Shown piece after piece: positions 61,870 through 64,000 of a stretch of 64,000 nt of DNA. Under the pieces are notes generated by a model. The model was given only the letters and a program-made list of their open reading frames with translations. It was not told where the DNA came from and made no database searches. A program made the translations under genes and the position numbers. The number at the start of each line of letters is the position of its first letter. Position 1 is the first letter of the stretch. Origin of the DNA: an uncultured Gemmatimonadales bacterium (GTDB lineage: Bacteria > Gemmatimonadota > Gemmatimonadetes > Longimicrobiales > RSA9); contig CAWCRS010000007.1 in NCBI GenBank assembly GCA_963798085.1, forward strand, positions 416,001-480,000, given 5' to 3'.

Positions 61870-63591
61870 ATGATGTCCGTCTACTCGGCGATCGCCATCG
61901 ACTACGACGGTACGCTGACCCGCACGCCTCGCCCATCCGCGGAAGTGCTCGCGGCAGTGCGCGAAGCGCGCGCGCAGGGGCGCAAGGTGCTGCTCTGCAC
62001 GGGCCGCATCCTCGATGAGCTGCGCACCGATTTCCCCGAGGTGCAGGATCACTTCGACGCCATCGTCGGCGAGAATGGCGCAGTGGCGCTCACGCGGACG
62101 GGGGAGCGTGCGCTGGCGCCCGCCGTGCCCGCGGAGCTGGAGACGGCGCTGCACATGCACGGCGTCAATGTGCGTCGCGGGCGAGTGCTGCTGGCGACCG
62201 AAGCGCGTGCCGCGCAGTTCGCGCTCGCCGAAATCCAGCGGCTGGGCCTCGACTGCCAGCTCATCCGCAACCGCAACGCACTCATGGTGCTGCCCACAGG
62301 CGTTTCCAAAGGCACGGGTCTGCGCCACGTGCTGGGAGAACTGGGCCTCTCCTGCCACAGCACCATCGCCATTGGCGACGCGGAGAACGACATCAGCCTG
62401 ATCGATGCCTGCGAGCTGGGCGTGGCCGTCGGTGATGCGGTCGATTCCCTCAAGGCGCACGCGGATGTCGTGCTGAGCGAATCGAATGGCCGCGGCGTAA
62501 CGCAGTTTCTGCAGGGGAAGCTGGTCAAGGGCGAAATCCAGGTGCACCCGCGGCGCTGGCAGGTGCAGCTCGGCCGCTACCTCGACGGTTCGCCCGCGCT
62601 GCTGCCCGCATCGCAGATCAACGTGCTGATCAGGGGCGCAACCGGAAGCGGCAAGTCATACATGGCCGGACTGTTTGCGGAACGCCTCATCGGCATGGGC
62701 TACTCGCTCTGCATCCTGGACCCGGAAGGCGACTACGAGTCGCTGGGCCGACTGCAGGGCGTACTCGTTCTGGGCGGCACGCAGGCGCCCCCTGCACCGG
62801 CACTGCTCGCGCGCCTGCTGCACAACCGATTCAGCAGCGTGGTCGTCGACCTTGCGCTGGTGGACGCCGAGGGGAAACGAGTGTACTGCCGCGACGCGCT
62901 CGCGGAGCTGGAAGGACTGCGCGCAGAGACCGGGCTGCCACACTGGATCTTCGTCGACGAAGCGGACCAGCTGATGCAGAAGATGCCTGTTGCGCTGCAG
63001 AGCAGTCTGCCTGCGACGGGTTTCTGCCTCGTCAGCTATCATCCCGATGCCGTGCCGCCTCACGCGCTGTCGAACATCGATCACGTGATCGCGCTGCCCG
63101 ATCCGGCAGGCGAGGCGGCGTGGCCCCTGGGTCACGCTCCGGCGCAGACACACGAGCGTGATGGCCGGCCGCTGCTGGCCATGCTGGAAACGCGGCTCGA
63201 GCAGCGGCCGTTCCGCGTGGGCGAGCGGCTCTGCCCGCACGTGCGGCACTGGCACAAGTACCTGCACGGCTCACTGCCCGCGCACCTGCGCTTCTTTTTC
63301 CGCGATGCCGCGGGCAATGTCAGCGGTTCGGCCGGCAACATCGCGGATTTCCGCAGCCTGCTGGGTCGCAGCGCGGCTGCCATTGTGGAGCACCATCTGC
63401 GTGGCGGCGACTTCTCACGCTGGATTCGTGACGTGCTCCAGGACACGGAACTGGCGGACGACATCGCCCGCATCGAGAAGAGCAGTGTCGCCAGCACAGT
63501 CAATGGCGGGGCCGCGAAGCGGCTCGTACTGCGCGCCATCGAGCAGCGCTACTGTGATCGCGCCTGCAATTGTCTTGCGGTTGCCGACTGA
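61870..63591 (+). CDS. HAD-IIB hydrolase fused to a P-loop ATPase-like domain and a small C-terminal domain
   Basis: DYDGTL, CTGR, SKG, GDAEND; GATGSGKS Walker A, LDPEGDY, FVDEAD Walker B; HLRGGDFSRWIRDVL. Confidence 0.85.
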   Translation: MMSVYSAIAIDYDGTLTRTPRPSAEVLAAVREARAQGRKVLLCTGRILDELRTDFPEVQDHFDAIVGENGAVALTRTGERALAPAVPAELETALHMHGVNVRRGRVLLATEARAAQFALAEIQRLGLDCQLIRNRNALMVLPTGVSKGTGLRHVLGELGLSCHSTIAIGDAENDISLIDACELGVAVGDAVDSLKAHADVVLSESNGRGVTQFLQGKLVKGEIQVHPRRWQVQLGRYLDGSPALLPASQINVLIRGATGSGKSYMAGLFAERLIGMGYSLCILDPEGDYESLGRLQGVLVLGGTQAPPAPALLARLLHNRFSSVVVDLALVDAEGKRVYCRDALAELEGLRAETGLPHWIFVDEADQLMQKMPVALQSSLPATGFCLVSYHPDAVPPHALSNIDHVIALPDPAGEAAWPLGHAPAQTHERDGRPLLAMLETRLEQRPFRVGERLCPHVRHWHKYLHGSLPAHLRFFFRDAAGNVSGSAGNIADFRSLLGRSAAAIVEHHLRGGDFSRWIRDVLQDTELADDIARIEKSSVASTVNGGAAKRLVLRAIEQRYCDRACNCLAVAD

Positions 63592-63777
63592 GATGCATCG
63601 GCCATTTCGCGACCGCCTCACGCACAGGTTCGGGACATTATTGCACAGCGCGTTCCGCGTTCCGCGTCACTGCGAGTGCAGCGCGTGCTTGCGAACGCTC
63701 ACGCTTGTTGTGCCCTCACGCACAGTTACGCAGGTGGTTGGCTGCGCTCGCGAAAACCGGACGAAGCGCCCCGCGCA

Positions 63778-63793
63778 CGGCACTGCGTTTGCC
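63778..63793 (+). promoter_or_regulatory. Putative sigma54 (-24/-12) promoter
   Basis: CGGCAC-TGCGT-TTGC matches YGGCAC-N5-TTGC with exact GG-N10-GC spacing, about 150 bp upstream of ATG 63942. Confidence 0.6.
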
Positions 63794-63941
63794 TCTCTCT
63801 ACCCGCGGCGATCCGGGTAACAGGAAGTTGCCAGACAGGGCCACACGGACCCGGCTCGCGCGGGCAGAATGAACGCTGCGGAGACACCGCAGCCCGGGTT
63901 TCAGAGAAGGAACGGAATTTTCCAACAGAGGGTGGGCTCCC

Positions 63942-64000
63942 ATGCCAATCACCAAGTATCGCACACCGACGCTCCGCTTCTATCCGTTCGCGGAGTTCGA
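63942..64000 (+). CDS. 5' end of a gene running off the window (MPITKYRTPTLRFYPFAEF...), possibly Hsp20/alpha-crystallin
   Basis: GAGGGT RBS then ATG; the PF-x-EF N-terminus resembles small heat-shock proteins; only 19 codons visible. Confidence 0.4.
   Translation, partial: MPITKYRTPTLRFYPFAEF

Overview
Very GC-rich bacterial chromosomal segment. The gene repertoire (orphan duplicated ABC permease, CarboxypepD_reg-type TonB receptor, HEAT-repeat protein, Hcr-like molybdoenzyme) suggests a Gemmatimonadota-like organism, which is an inference. Layout: 1-13.4 kb is a surface-glycan synthesis/decoration locus (Wzx, two methyltransferases, GT2s, GT-C, Thr-type sulfatase-like protein, 50-aa membrane peptide, HAD phosphatase, deacetylase). 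13.5-31 kb holds a TonB receptor with lipoproteins and mixed housekeeping genes (Ca/Na antiporter, degenerate GGDEF protein, MFS, ThiI, ATL, Nudix, amino-acid dehydrogenase). 31.5-34 kb is tonB-exbB-exbD-exbD. 34-44 kb is a 4-hydroxybenzoyl-CoA-reductase-like molybdoenzyme whose FAD/4Fe-4S subunit is separated from the other two by about 6 kb. 52-64 kb is a stress cassette (PRTase-hydrolase, two USPs, sigma54 two-component system, ligA, HAD-ATPase fusion, sigma54 promoter ahead of a probable Hsp20). Several intergenic elements are bounded by inverted repeats, including a perfect 25-bp pair at 20020-20239. About eleven single-base indels break otherwise intact genes and are most likely long-read assembly errors. 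No tRNA, rRNA, CRISPR array, transposase or integrase was recognised.
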